From Planctomycetota bacterium (GTDB taxonomy: Bacteria; Planctomycetota; UBA1135; UBA2386): DNA of 64,000 bases. The stretch spans positions 3,360,001 through 3,424,000 of the forward strand of contig OZ245006.1 of assembly GCA_965223545.1 (NCBI GenBank). Reading direction: 5' to 3'. This document shows positions 22,110 to 31,877 of the stretch, piece after piece. The notes beneath the pieces are model-generated. The model made no database searches and had not been told where the DNA came from. It saw nothing but the letters and a program-made list of their open reading frames with translations. Both the position numbers and the translations under genes were made by a program. Every line of letters begins with the position of its first letter. Within the stretch, counting starts at the first letter, position 1.

Positions 22110-23216
22110 ATGCTCCATCGTTTCGCTCCCCTCGCCATCGCCACCGCTTTTGCCTGTCCAGCGCAGGAGGCGGAAGTCAGCACCGTCGACGCGACCGCGA
22201 TTCGGCGACACCTCGCGCCCGTGCTCGCCGAGCACCGGATCCCCGGCGTCGTCGTCGGCATCGTGCACGGCGACCAGTTGGTGTGCACTCTCGCGCTCGG
22301 CCACCGTGATCTCGAGTCCGAACGGGTGATGGCCGCCGACACGTTGTTCCAGATCGGATCGGTGACCAAGTCGCTGACCGCGACGTTGCTGGGCGTGCTC
22401 GTCGACCGCGGCACGGTGTCGTTCGACGACACTCTGGGTGAACGCTTGCCGGATGCGGCGCTTCCACCACCCGTCGCGGCCATCACCCTGCGCCAGCTGG
22501 CAACGCACACGTCCGGCTTGCCGCGCGACCCTGCCAACCGGCGCAACCTCCCCGACAGTCCGAGCGTCATGCTGCCCTACAGCAACGCGGAGCTGGTCGA
22601 CGCGCTGCGCACGGCAGCGGTCGAGCCGAGCGACGACGCCGCCTACTCCAACTTCGGCTACGGCGTGCTGGGGCACGCGCTCGCGCGCGCTGCCGGCGTG
22701 GACTACCACGAGCTGCTGCGCGAGGCCGTGCTGCAGCCACTGGGAATGACCGACAGCGGGATCACACCTGACGAGGCGCAGGAGTCGCGGCTGGCCACGC
22801 CGTACTGGCCCGAGGACGACCCCCTCGTCCCCCGACCGCGTTGGCAGATCGGCGAGGTGGCGTCGTTCGGCGGCGCGTTCAGCAGTGCTGCCGACCTCGC
22901 GCGGCTGGTCGCCGCCCAGTACGGCCCGGCAAGTCTGCTCGATGACGCAACCCGCACCGCGCTGCAGACGCCACACGAGGACGCCCGCGTCGCGGGGCGC
23001 CGCATCGCCATGGGCTGGTTCGTGGACGAGGTGCCCGGCCTCGGCACGCTGCTGGGTCACGGCGGCGAAGTCGACGGCTACAGCGCTGGAGTCGTCGCCC
23101 TGCCCGGCGCCCACGCCGGCTTTGTCGTTCTCGCCAACACCGGCGGGCGCGCGGCCGAGAGACTGATCATGACGATGATGCAGCACGCCACGGCCTGGCT
23201 GCCCGCGCCGCGGTGA
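22110..23216 (+). CDS. Exported serine hydrolase, beta-lactamase class C-like family
   Basis: SxxK 'IGSVTK', 'LATHTSGL', 'YSN', 'HGG'; signal peptide. Confidence 0.92.
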   Translation: MLHRFAPLAIATAFACPAQEAEVSTVDATAIRRHLAPVLAEHRIPGVVVGIVHGDQLVCTLALGHRDLESERVMAADTLFQIGSVTKSLTATLLGVLVDRGTVSFDDTLGERLPDAALPPPVAAITLRQLATHTSGLPRDPANRRNLPDSPSVMLPYSNAELVDALRTAAVEPSDDAAYSNFGYGVLGHALARAAGVDYHELLREAVLQPLGMTDSGITPDEAQESRLATPYWPEDDPLVPRPRWQIGEVASFGGAFSSAADLARLVAAQYGPASLLDDATRTALQTPHEDARVAGRRIAMGWFVDEVPGLGTLLGHGGEVDGYSAGVVALPGAHAGFVVLANTGGRAAERLIMTMMQHATAWLPAPR

Positions 23217-23240
23217 CGCCGCCACCGATCCGCAAAGCGG

Positions 23241-23846
23241 TCAAGGCGACTCCGGCGACTCCGGCTCCGCGAGACGATCGGCCAACCGCGCCAGGCCACG
23301 GTGCAGCATCATCCGCACCGCGCCCTCGGTCTTGCCGACCTCCTGGGCAACCGCGCGCCGGGACAGACCGACCACGCGCGACAGGATCACGACCTCGCGC
23401 ACCTCGTCGGGCAGGGTCTGGATCGCGTCTTCGACCCGCGCCAACTCCTCGCGCGCCGCGGCGTCCCGGCTGGGGGTGTGCAGGTTGCCATAGCACGCCA
23501 GTGCGGCATTGAGGTCCTCCGCCCCGGCCGGAGCGACTTCGGCCGCGCGCTTCTTGGCCGCATAGAACGCATGCCGGTCGAGGACCTTGCGCTGCGCCGT
23601 CTTGAACAGCCAGCGCCGGAAGCCGTCCTCCCCGTCGTAGCGAAACCGGTCGAGGTTCTCGAGCACGTCGCGGCAGACGGACTGGGCCAGATCGGAGGCC
23701 GACTCCTTGTCGAGCAGCCCCCGCCCGGCGCGCAGCCGCAGGTAGGCCCGGACGCTGGGCAAGAACCGGTGCAACAGTTGGTCGACCGCTGGCGCGTGTC
23801 CGGCGGACGCTTGCTCGACGAGTTCTCTTTGGCGGTCGACCGGCAT
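23241..23846 (-). CDS. ECF sigma-70 factor
   Basis: 'ESASDLAQSV', 'FRRWL', 'VAQEVGKTEGAVRMMLHRG'. Confidence 0.92.
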   Translation of the reverse strand: MPVDRQRELVEQASAGHAPAVDQLLHRFLPSVRAYLRLRAGRGLLDKESASDLAQSVCRDVLENLDRFRYDGEDGFRRWLFKTAQRKVLDRHAFYAAKKRAAEVAPAGAEDLNAALACYGNLHTPSRDAAAREELARVEDAIQTLPDEVREVVILSRVVGLSRRAVAQEVGKTEGAVRMMLHRGLARLADRLAEPESPESP

Positions 23847-23899
23847 GTGGCGCTCAGGCGGAGTGGACGCCCGCGGGGATCAGTGTAGCCTGGGGCATC

Positions 23900-26734
23900 G
23901 TGAGCGGAAACGAGAGGTCCTCCGCCGAGATCGTCCGCCTGCTCGAAGAGTGCCTGGATGCGCGCGAACAGGGCGGCGAAGCCGCAATGGAGACCCTGAT
24001 CGCGAGCCGACCCGAGCACGCGGCCGCGATCCGTGCGCGGCTCGACGCCTTGTCGCGGACCGGCCTGCTCGACGGTGATGGCGAGATGCCGGAGCGGCTC
24101 GGCGATTTCCGCCTCATCGAGCCGATCGGCAGCGGCGGCATGGGTGTGGTCTACCTGGCCGAGCAAGAAAGCGTCGGGCGCCGGGTCGCGGTCAAGCTCG
24201 TGCACCCCGAGCACCTGTTCTTTCCCGGCGCGCGCGAGCGCTTTCGCCGGGAGGTCGAGGCGGTGCGTCGTCTCGACCACCCCGGCATCACCCCGGTCTA
24301 CGCCGTCGGTGAAGCCGATGGCGTGCCCTACTTCGCGATGGAGCACGTCGCCGGGGTGAGCCTGGACAACGTCTTGGCCGCGCTGCGCGGCAAGCCGCCG
24401 GAGACCCTCGACCGCGGCGACTTGTTTCGCACCTCGCCGGATGTGGCACCACGGGAAGAGACCACTCTGCCGGAATCTTGGGTCGACGTCTGCTTCACCC
24501 TCGCTCGGCAGATCGCGGAAGCCCTGGCGCACGCCCACGAGCGCGGCGTGCTGCACCGCGACGTCAAGCCATCCAACATCGTGCTCACGCACGAGGGTCG
24601 CATCCGCCTGCTCGACTTCGGCCTCGCCCGGTCCGAGGGCGACATCCGCATCACCCGCACCGGGTCGGTGCTGGGGTCGCTTCCGTACATGGCTCCGGAG
24701 CAAGTCCGCGGCGATACGCGGCTCATCGGTCCGCGGACGGACGTGTACGGCGTCGGCGTCACCCTCTACGAGCTGCTGACCTTGCGGCCCGCGTATTGGT
24801 CGGAGACCACCGAGCGCACCCGGCGCCGCGTGCTCGACGGCCAACCCGTGTCGATCGAACGACTCAACAGCGCGGTGCCGCGCGATGCCGAGACCATCTG
24901 CCGAAAGGCAATGGACTTCGACCCGGCGCACCGCTACGCGAGCATGGCGGCGTTGGCCGTCGACCTCGGCCGCTTCCTGCGCCGCGAACCGGTCGCCGCG
25001 CGCCGCCCTGGGCACGGCGTTCGGTTGCGACGCTGGGCCCAGCGGCGACCGACGCTGGCGACGGCGCTGACCCTCGGCTCACTGCTGGTCGTCGGTGGAC
25101 CGATCGGATTCGCAGTCCAGTCCGAATCCGCCCGTGCGGAGATCTCCACCGCGTACCAGGCCGAGGCCGAACAACGCCTGCGCGCGGAAACCGAGCTCGA
25201 GTCCGTGATCGCCGCGATCGACGAGATGCTGGCGGCGGCAACCGACGCCGAGTTGATTCGAACCCCCGGCGGCGACGCGGTACGGCGAAGAATGCTGGAG
25301 AGCGCGCGCAGAATGTACGAGGGCTTGCTGGCGCGCGAGCAAGAGCGACCCGGTGTCGCCCGGCGCGTCGCGACCACGCAACAGAAGTTGGCGCAGCTGC
25401 ACCTGCAGCTCGGCTCGGTCGAGCCGGCGCGGGAAGCGGCGCGCGCCGCGGTCGCCGTCGCAGGCCGACTGGGCCCGGGCGTACCGGGCGCGGAAGAGCT
25501 GCCGTTCTCGGTGGCCCTGCGCCTCATCGAGGTGCTGATCGACACGGCCGAGATCGACGAGGCCATCGAGCGCATCGGCGTTCAGCTCGACGAGTTGCAC
25601 GGATTCGAGGACGCCGGGCTGGACGCGCACGCCGAACGGCGCCGCCAGCTGTGGTTGGCGCGCGCCTGGGACGCGCTGAGCGAAGCCCGCTTGCGCCGCC
25701 GCGAGATCGAGGCCTCCCTGGACGCGGCCCGCAAGTCGATTTCCGCCTACGAACTTGCCGGTGCCGCGGATGCCAGCGCGGAGGTTCGGATCTACTACGC
25801 GCGACGACTCGAGTTCAACGCCTACATCGGCGGTTTCCACGGCCTGGAACCCGACTACGCCAATCTGTTCGAACGCGCCAACGCGCTGCGCCGTGGAGTG
25901 ATGCAAGAGGACCCGGGTGAGATCGCCGTGCGCTTCGGGCTCGGCGAATCACAAGCGAAGTGGGCGCACATCGAGCTGAAGCGCAGGCAGTGGGCGCCGG
26001 GGATCGAGCGGTCACAGCAAGCTCACGAGACCCTGGTCGCTCTGGCCGATGATTTCCCCGGTCGACCGCGCTACGTCGAAACCCTGCTCGGCAACGTCGC
26101 CCGCCTGGGCTACGCCCTGGAGAAGGACAACCGGCGAGAGGAGGCGATCGAGGTGCTCAGAGATGGCCTGGACCGCGCGATCGCCGCAACCCAGCGCCAC
26201 ACCATCATCGACTTTCGCTATCACGAGGCCGTCCTGAGCGGATCGCTCGCTGCCCAACTCGGACGTGCGGAGAGGCCCGACGAGGCCGAGCCGTACTGGG
26301 AACAGTCGCGCAAGGCTTGGGAGTGGTTGATGCGCCAGTCACGGCCGAGCTTGGAGCACGTGATGCAGGTCGGAGTCCACTACGACCAACGCGCGCATTT
26401 CGAGTACGCCCACGACCGCCACGAGAAGGCCCTGGCTCTGGCCGCGCTAGCCTGCAAGTACCATCGCCTCGCCCACGAGCGCGCGCGCATGGCCGTGTCG
26501 ATCGACCGGCTCGGGAAGTCGCTCGTACTAATGGCCGCCATCGAGATGGCCCTCGACCACCCCGCGCAAGCGGTCGCGCGGCTCGCAGAGGCCGTGCGCG
26601 AAGCCGGCGTCACCCGCGACCGGATCGAGAGACAAGTGTTCCGGCCGCTGGCCGGGCGCGCGGACTACCGCAGCGTGCTCGATGAAGCTCCGCTGAGCAC
26701 CGAGGCAGGGACGAACACGCGCAAGAGCCGGTAG
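23900..26734 (+). CDS. Hanks-type Ser/Thr protein kinase with TM helix and TPR-like C-terminus
   Basis: 'IGSGGMGVVY', 'VAVK', 'HRDVKPSN', 'DFG', 'YMAPE', 'DVY'. Confidence 0.93.
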   Translation: MSGNERSSAEIVRLLEECLDAREQGGEAAMETLIASRPEHAAAIRARLDALSRTGLLDGDGEMPERLGDFRLIEPIGSGGMGVVYLAEQESVGRRVAVKLVHPEHLFFPGARERFRREVEAVRRLDHPGITPVYAVGEADGVPYFAMEHVAGVSLDNVLAALRGKPPETLDRGDLFRTSPDVAPREETTLPESWVDVCFTLARQIAEALAHAHERGVLHRDVKPSNIVLTHEGRIRLLDFGLARSEGDIRITRTGSVLGSLPYMAPEQVRGDTRLIGPRTDVYGVGVTLYELLTLRPAYWSETTERTRRRVLDGQPVSIERLNSAVPRDAETICRKAMDFDPAHRYASMAALAVDLGRFLRREPVAARRPGHGVRLRRWAQRRPTLATALTLGSLLVVGGPIGFAVQSESARAEISTAYQAEAEQRLRAETELESVIAAIDEMLAAATDAELIRTPGGDAVRRRMLESARRMYEGLLAREQERPGVARRVATTQQKLAQLHLQLGSVEPAREAARAAVAVAGRLGPGVPGAEELPFSVALRLIEVLIDTAEIDEAIERIGVQLDELHGFEDAGLDAHAERRRQLWLARAWDALSEARLRRREIEASLDAARKSISAYELAGAADASAEVRIYYARRLEFNAYIGGFHGLEPDYANLFERANALRRGVMQEDPGEIAVRFGLGESQAKWAHIELKRRQWAPGIERSQQAHETLVALADDFPGRPRYVETLLGNVARLGYALEKDNRREEAIEVLRDGLDRAIAATQRHTIIDFRYHEAVLSGSLAAQLGRAERPDEAEPYWEQSRKAWEWLMRQSRPSLEHVMQVGVHYDQRAHFEYAHDRHEKALALAALACKYHRLAHERARMAVSIDRLGKSLVLMAAIEMALDHPAQAVARLAEAVREAGVTRDRIERQVFRPLAGRADYRSVLDEAPLSTEAGTNTRKSR

Positions 26735-26937
26735 GCGGAAGCGCGGGTGTCAGCGGGCGACCGCCGCGAACTCCGGGGCCAGCGCGTCTCGTGCAGATCG
26801 GCTTCGACTGCTGGGGACCCCGTACTGCGACGAAACAGACGAATCGCGGGGTTCCTGTCCTCCACCGGCGCGCGCTCGCGCTTCTGCCTCTTGCGGCCAA
26901 GTTGGCCGCGAGAGCCCAAATGGACGCGAGGCTACCG

Positions 26938-29199
26938 ATGCAGTTTGTGGACCGAGTCTCTTCGACCGTCGTCGCGGCGATCGCGCTGAGCGCGAGCCTT
27001 GCCGCCCTCCCCCAGCAGCCGCAACTCGATGCGCCTCGCGAAGATGCGCTGGACCGGCCGATTCCGTTGGACGCGTTCTCGGTGCCGATCCACACCGGCG
27101 AAGGAGAACAGGGCGTCGACTACGGCATCTGGGCGTCCGGCCCGGACTACAAGGTGTCGTTCCACGACGGCATGACGTTCTACCCCGTGCTGGGCGCGGA
27201 CGCGCCGCGCAACCTGCCGGTGCGCTGGGTGACGACGTCGGTGCGCGTCGGCGAACGCGAGATGGTGGGCGATGTGCCGCGCACGCACCACACCGACTGG
27301 CGCTTCGAGTACCGGCACGCCGGCTTCACCGAGGCATACGACGTGCGCGTCGACGGCGTCGAGCAGACGTTCGTGCTGCAACGCCGTCCGGATGGCGCAG
27401 GCGACCTCGTGATCCGCGGCCGGCTGGACACCGAACTGCGCACCGACCACTCACCGGCGCAGGTCGGCGAGCTGGTGCTGCGGGATGGCGGCGGTCAGCC
27501 CATCGTGCGCTACGGGCAGGCGCTGGCGTTCGACGCCGCCGGCCGCACGCGCGACGTGACCTCGCAGTTCGACGGCGAGGCCGTCGAGCTGCGTCTGTCG
27601 GCGGACTTCTTGGCGAACGCCACCTATCCACTCACCGTGGACCCGCTGCTGAGCACCGCGCTCGTGGCCGCCGGAGGAGGCCGCATCCTCGACATGTCGA
27701 TCGGGCGCAACGACCGCGAGGACGAGCTCATGGTCGGGTTCATCCGCGAAGTCTCGGCCGGCGACAACGACGTCTACGTGCACCTGATGAAAGACAACTG
27801 GGCGTTTACGACGCCGGTGTTCACGGACATCTCTTCGCAGTGGGCGCACTGGAGTATCGATCTGGCGTACGTCGCCGGCGCCCAAAGCTGGGTCGCGGCG
27901 TACAACCGTGGAGTAGGGGCCAGCCGTCAGATCCGCGTGCACTACCACGACGGCGGAGATTTCTCGATGAGCGCCGTCCTGCAGTTCCTCACCAATGCCG
28001 ACTACGCCAACGACATTTCGGTTGGAGGTAGCTCCGACACGTCGTCGACCGAGGCCCTGATCGCCTATCGCAAGGACGTAGGCATCTCCAACACAACCCG
28101 GTCCCAAGTCCGCGCGTTCGTCCTCGACGCAGCCGCGCGCCGTTCGGTCACCGAATTCCAGGTCAATGACACTAGTTCAATTCGGGATGCCGAGCACTGT
28201 CAAGTCAACGAGCGACGGCAGCTGGGCGGATTCCCCTGGTTCGTGACGTACCAAGAGTTGGACTACTACTACACGATCCCCGATTGGCGCGTCCACATCG
28301 CACGGGTGTGGGACGACGGTCGCACCGAGCGGGCGGAGATCGGTGATCCCGGCACCGCGGTGCACGATGTCGCGCCGCACATCGACGCCAGCCACGACCG
28401 TGCGCTGGTGGCCTTCCACCAGCGGCCCAACACCGGCACGCTTCCCGCGCTCTTCGCCAAGAACGTGTGGACCCAACGCGTCGATTGGCCGTTGGCGTCG
28501 GCGCAGCCCACGATCCGTGCTCCGCAGGAGCTCACTCGGCTCTCGGACGAGGTGCAGCTCGGCGGTGTCGCCTTCGATACGCTCACCAAGAGCCACTGGA
28601 CGATCGTCGCCGGCCAGTTCAGCGGCGTTCCGACGTTGAGGGTCTGGCGCGTGGGTCACGACGGTCTCTCCGCAGAAGCAGAGTTGATCAGCGGAGCAGC
28701 CAGCTACCAATTTGCGGCTGTCACGTTCGACGACGACGCACGGGAGTTCTCGATCGCGTTCCACGGCGGCGACAACGTGCTCGGCACCAAGATGGCCTAT
28801 CACAGGGGCGTCCACGCGACGGTGAGCGGCACCGGATGTGGGAGCGCCACGATGCGCCCGCGCGGAACGTCGCACTCCTATCTGCCCTGGTCGGGGACCT
28901 CGAACTTCGGGGTCACCCTCAACAACGCGCCCAGCGGCACAACCGCGGTGCTGATGTTCTCCGGTGCTCCAGCGACGGTCAGCCTGGCGAGCTTCGGGCT
29001 GCCGAACTGCAACCTGCTCCTCGATCCGGCGCAACTCACTGGCAGCATCAGCGTGCAGCTCTCGAGCGGGTTCTACGACCTGCCAATGCGGATCCCGAGC
29101 GGCGTTGCCGGCAACCTCAGCATGCAGTGGGTGTACTTCGATCCGGCGGCGACCGGCGGGCTGAGCTTGACCGAGCGGTTGAGCATTCTGGTCAAGTAG
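26938..29199 (+). CDS. Secreted hypothetical protein (paralogue A), beta-rich, with conserved C-terminal module
   Basis: Signal peptide; N-domain 'YGIWASGPDYKVSF...EAYDVRVDGVEQTFVL...YPLTVDP' shared with the next gene. Confidence 0.8.
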   Translation: MQFVDRVSSTVVAAIALSASLAALPQQPQLDAPREDALDRPIPLDAFSVPIHTGEGEQGVDYGIWASGPDYKVSFHDGMTFYPVLGADAPRNLPVRWVTTSVRVGEREMVGDVPRTHHTDWRFEYRHAGFTEAYDVRVDGVEQTFVLQRRPDGAGDLVIRGRLDTELRTDHSPAQVGELVLRDGGGQPIVRYGQALAFDAAGRTRDVTSQFDGEAVELRLSADFLANATYPLTVDPLLSTALVAAGGGRILDMSIGRNDREDELMVGFIREVSAGDNDVYVHLMKDNWAFTTPVFTDISSQWAHWSIDLAYVAGAQSWVAAYNRGVGASRQIRVHYHDGGDFSMSAVLQFLTNADYANDISVGGSSDTSSTEALIAYRKDVGISNTTRSQVRAFVLDAAARRSVTEFQVNDTSSIRDAEHCQVNERRQLGGFPWFVTYQELDYYYTIPDWRVHIARVWDDGRTERAEIGDPGTAVHDVAPHIDASHDRALVAFHQRPNTGTLPALFAKNVWTQRVDWPLASAQPTIRAPQELTRLSDEVQLGGVAFDTLTKSHWTIVAGQFSGVPTLRVWRVGHDGLSAEAELISGAASYQFAAVTFDDDAREFSIAFHGGDNVLGTKMAYHRGVHATVSGTGCGSATMRPRGTSHSYLPWSGTSNFGVTLNNAPSGTTAVLMFSGAPATVSLASFGLPNCNLLLDPAQLTGSISVQLSSGFYDLPMRIPSGVAGNLSMQWVYFDPAATGGLSLTERLSILVK

Positions 29200-29208
29200 C
29201 GGCAGATG

Positions 29209-29232
29209 CGGCCCCGGAGACTTCCGGGGCCG
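29209..29232. terminator. GC-rich stem-loop (terminator-like)
   Basis: CGGCCCCGGA-gact-TCCGGGGCCG, a perfect 10-bp stem 9 nt after the stop; no U-tract on the + strand. Confidence 0.55.
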
Positions 29233-29326
29233 AAATCGGAAGGAAGTCCGTGACGCCCGGGGGGGATCGCGGGTGAGGAGGCGTGGCCGCGCTCGGCGGC
29301 CAGAGAACCTCCTACCTGGCGATCCA

Positions 29327-31612
29327 ATGAAACCACTGACTCCCGCCCTGTTCGGCCTGCTGGCCGCGCTGTCCCCCGCTTTCGCCCAGGAGCCCGGCTC
29401 CGCCGCGCCAAGACCGTCACAACCGGCGGTCGACGGCGAGTGGATGCTGCCGCTGCACACCATGGCCGACGACCCCGAAGGAGGTCGCTACGGCACTTGG
29501 GCAGCGGGCCCCGACTACAAGGCAGCCTTCGACGACGGCTTCACCTTCTATCCGGTCCTCGGCGAGACCTATCCGGACAACCTGCCACTGCGTTGGCGGA
29601 CCGACACCATCACGGTGGGTGGCGCGGTGCTCGTCGACGGCAGTGCGCAGGCCCGGCGCAACGTCGACGAGTGGCGCTACGAGCTGCGCTACGGCGCGGT
29701 CACCGAGGCCTACGACATCCGCCGGGACGGCGTCGAGCAGACCTTCGTGCTGCAGCGCGACACGGGCGCCGGCGATGTCGTGGTGAGTGGAGTCATCGAC
29801 ACGCCCCTGCACAGCGCGAACGCGCTGGCCGCGGTACAGAGCCTCTCCTTCGTCGACGGCGAAGGTCGGCCGGTCATCCGCTACGGTGAAGCCCTTGCCT
29901 TCGACGCGCGCGACCGCCGCATCCCAGTGCAGACGAGCTTCGACGGCGAGCGGATCCAGCTGCGCCTCGATGGCGCGTGGCTCGCCGGCGCGACCTACCC
30001 GGTCACCATCGACCCGCTGACATCGTCGACGGTGATCGTCGCGGGTGGCGGATTCGTCAACTACCCCAACCTCGCGCGCGACGGCAGCAACAACCGGATC
30101 ATGGCGGTGTTCTCTCGGCCGAGCTCGGGATCGGACTACGACCTCTACGGCAAGCTGCTCAACGACGACCTGACGTTCGTGGCGTCGGCGTTCAGCGACG
30201 TCACCGCGAGCTGGAGCACGCGTTACGCCTCCGTGGCGTATGCGCAGAGCGCCGACAAGTGGATGATCGCGCTGGGTCGCGAGAACCTCCCCGGTGCCGG
30301 CGTCCGCGTCTACTTCCACTCGGGTGCCAGCACGTCGCTGAACACCGGCAACATCATCGCCACGACGCGCCCCAGCGGCTACCAGGACCAGCACCCGAGC
30401 ATCGGTGGCAACTCGACCGATACCGCGCTCGGGCGCGGCTACCTCGTGTTCCGTCGCGATCAAGGCAGCGGCTCTCCCAACGAGATGCACTCGCGGGTCT
30501 ACGGTGTGGTCGTCCAGCCGCAAACGGAGTCCTTCGGGGTGCAGAACAACCTGCACACCGCGCCGGGGTTCGGCCTCTACGACGCCGAGTGGCCGTGCGT
30601 CACGCGTGACAACGGCGGACTCGGCTCTTGGGCGGTGGCCTGGCAAGAGCAGGACCACACCTTCGGCCCCGGCGAGCCCTGGGTGATCGTCGGCCACCGC
30701 GTGGGTGGCCTCGGCCAGCTCAGCACGTCGACCGTCCTGGTCGACGGTGGCAGGGCGAATTCGCACAAGCTGCACCCGCAGGTTTCTGGAGCGGCCGGCC
30801 GCTACTTGCTCAGCTACGTGGAACGCGACAACGTGCTGCCGTTCAGCCACCTCACTGGTGACGCGTTCTACACCCAGCGCTTCGACTGGCCAAACGCAGC
30901 GGCCGCGCCGACGGTGATGGTGCCGCGTTCGGTCCTCGCGCCGGGCGGGAACGGCCTGCGCACCAATCTCACCAATCGGGCGATCGCGTTCGACTCCGAC
31001 ACCGAGTCGCACTGGGCGGTGACCTACCGCACCGTCGCCAACGACCTCTACATCGCGCGTCTCGGCATGTCCGGGCGCGTCGTCGAGAGCGGCTTGGTCT
31101 ACGCCGATCCGACCCTGGCCGCCGGCTCCGCCAGCGTGTGCTACAACCCCGTCGACCACGAGTTCGCGGTAGTGTTCGGCACCCAGCTGTTCAGCCGCCT
31201 CGAAGGCCGGCACTTCACCTATCAGCCAGCCGCGAACACCGTCTTCGGCACCGCTTGCGGTCCGCTCACCATCGCCGGCCAGAACCGCGGCAAGTTCGAG
31301 CAACCCTTCGCCGGCTCCGAGTTCTTCGAGCTGACGCTGAACGGCCTGCCCAACGCGCCTTCGGCGTTGTTCGTCAGCCTGGCGCAAGCACCCGGCCGCA
31401 TCCCGGTCGGCGGCTGCTCACTGCTGCTCGACCCCAACGCGAGCTTCCAGCACGTGCTGACGACGACCACCAACGTGCTCGGCCGACTCACCGTGCCGGT
31501 GCCGCTGCCCGACACCATCACCAACGCCGACGTATTCTGGCAGTTCTTCCAGTACGACGTCGCCCAAGCGCGGCTCCTCGCCTCCGAAGGCCTGCAAACC
31601 AGCATCAGGTGA
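29327..31612 (+). CDS. Secreted hypothetical protein (paralogue B)
   Basis: Signal peptide 'MKPLTPALFGLLAALSPAFA'; 'YGTWAAGPDYKAAF...EAYDIRRDGVEQTFVL...YPVTIDP'. Confidence 0.8.
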   Translation: MKPLTPALFGLLAALSPAFAQEPGSAAPRPSQPAVDGEWMLPLHTMADDPEGGRYGTWAAGPDYKAAFDDGFTFYPVLGETYPDNLPLRWRTDTITVGGAVLVDGSAQARRNVDEWRYELRYGAVTEAYDIRRDGVEQTFVLQRDTGAGDVVVSGVIDTPLHSANALAAVQSLSFVDGEGRPVIRYGEALAFDARDRRIPVQTSFDGERIQLRLDGAWLAGATYPVTIDPLTSSTVIVAGGGFVNYPNLARDGSNNRIMAVFSRPSSGSDYDLYGKLLNDDLTFVASAFSDVTASWSTRYASVAYAQSADKWMIALGRENLPGAGVRVYFHSGASTSLNTGNIIATTRPSGYQDQHPSIGGNSTDTALGRGYLVFRRDQGSGSPNEMHSRVYGVVVQPQTESFGVQNNLHTAPGFGLYDAEWPCVTRDNGGLGSWAVAWQEQDHTFGPGEPWVIVGHRVGGLGQLSTSTVLVDGGRANSHKLHPQVSGAAGRYLLSYVERDNVLPFSHLTGDAFYTQRFDWPNAAAAPTVMVPRSVLAPGGNGLRTNLTNRAIAFDSDTESHWAVTYRTVANDLYIARLGMSGRVVESGLVYADPTLAAGSASVCYNPVDHEFAVVFGTQLFSRLEGRHFTYQPAANTVFGTACGPLTIAGQNRGKFEQPFAGSEFFELTLNGLPNAPSALFVSLAQAPGRIPVGGCSLLLDPNASFQHVLTTTTNVLGRLTVPVPLPDTITNADVFWQFFQYDVAQARLLASEGLQTSIR

Positions 31613-31626
31613 AGGTACGGAGCCAG
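31610..31626 (+). repeat. REP-like repeat copy 2, left half (IS110 target)
   Basis: tgaagGTACGGAGCCAG matches the reverse complement of copies 1 and 3 up to the hairpin centre. Confidence 0.85.
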
Positions 31627-31870
31627 TCCTGCCCCGACAGATTTTGTCGGCCCTTCAGGGCAGGAAACTAGCCGCTGAGGAAGGGGGCGGGGAACGTGTG
31701 AGGGGCCCGGCAGCTACGCCCCCAATAGCCACTGGAGCACGTTTGCCCCAGAGCCAGTCTGGGTCCGAGTTGGCCATCCTTCACTGGTGAGGGGCACGTC
31801 GCCGTGCCCACTCCCGCAGGTCAGATTCGTTTGATCGCCGCCTCGGGCCGGGCCCACCACAACAAGGAGG
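31627..31870 (+). ncRNA. Putative bridge RNA region of the IS110 element
   Basis: Several stems (31627-34/31658-65, 31744-49/31791-96, 31813-16/31844-47); GAGCCAG 31751-57 equals target-left plus core; CAGGTCAG 31817-24 equals the element's right end plus core. RNA ends unknown. Confidence 0.7.
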
Positions 31871-31877
31871 ATGAAGT

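Noticed and set aside
22110..23216. Bona fide antibiotic-resistance beta-lactamase
   Set aside because: It has HGG instead of KTG; the motifs fit the broad serine hydrolase family and nothing indicates a resistance context.
31655..31670. Alternative IS left end after TCAG at 31655-58, with short subterminal IR GAAACT/AGTTTC
   Set aside because: It does not restore the REP consensus and would split the 31627-65 hairpin; the 31627 boundary also fits the guide match. Not fully excluded without other copies.
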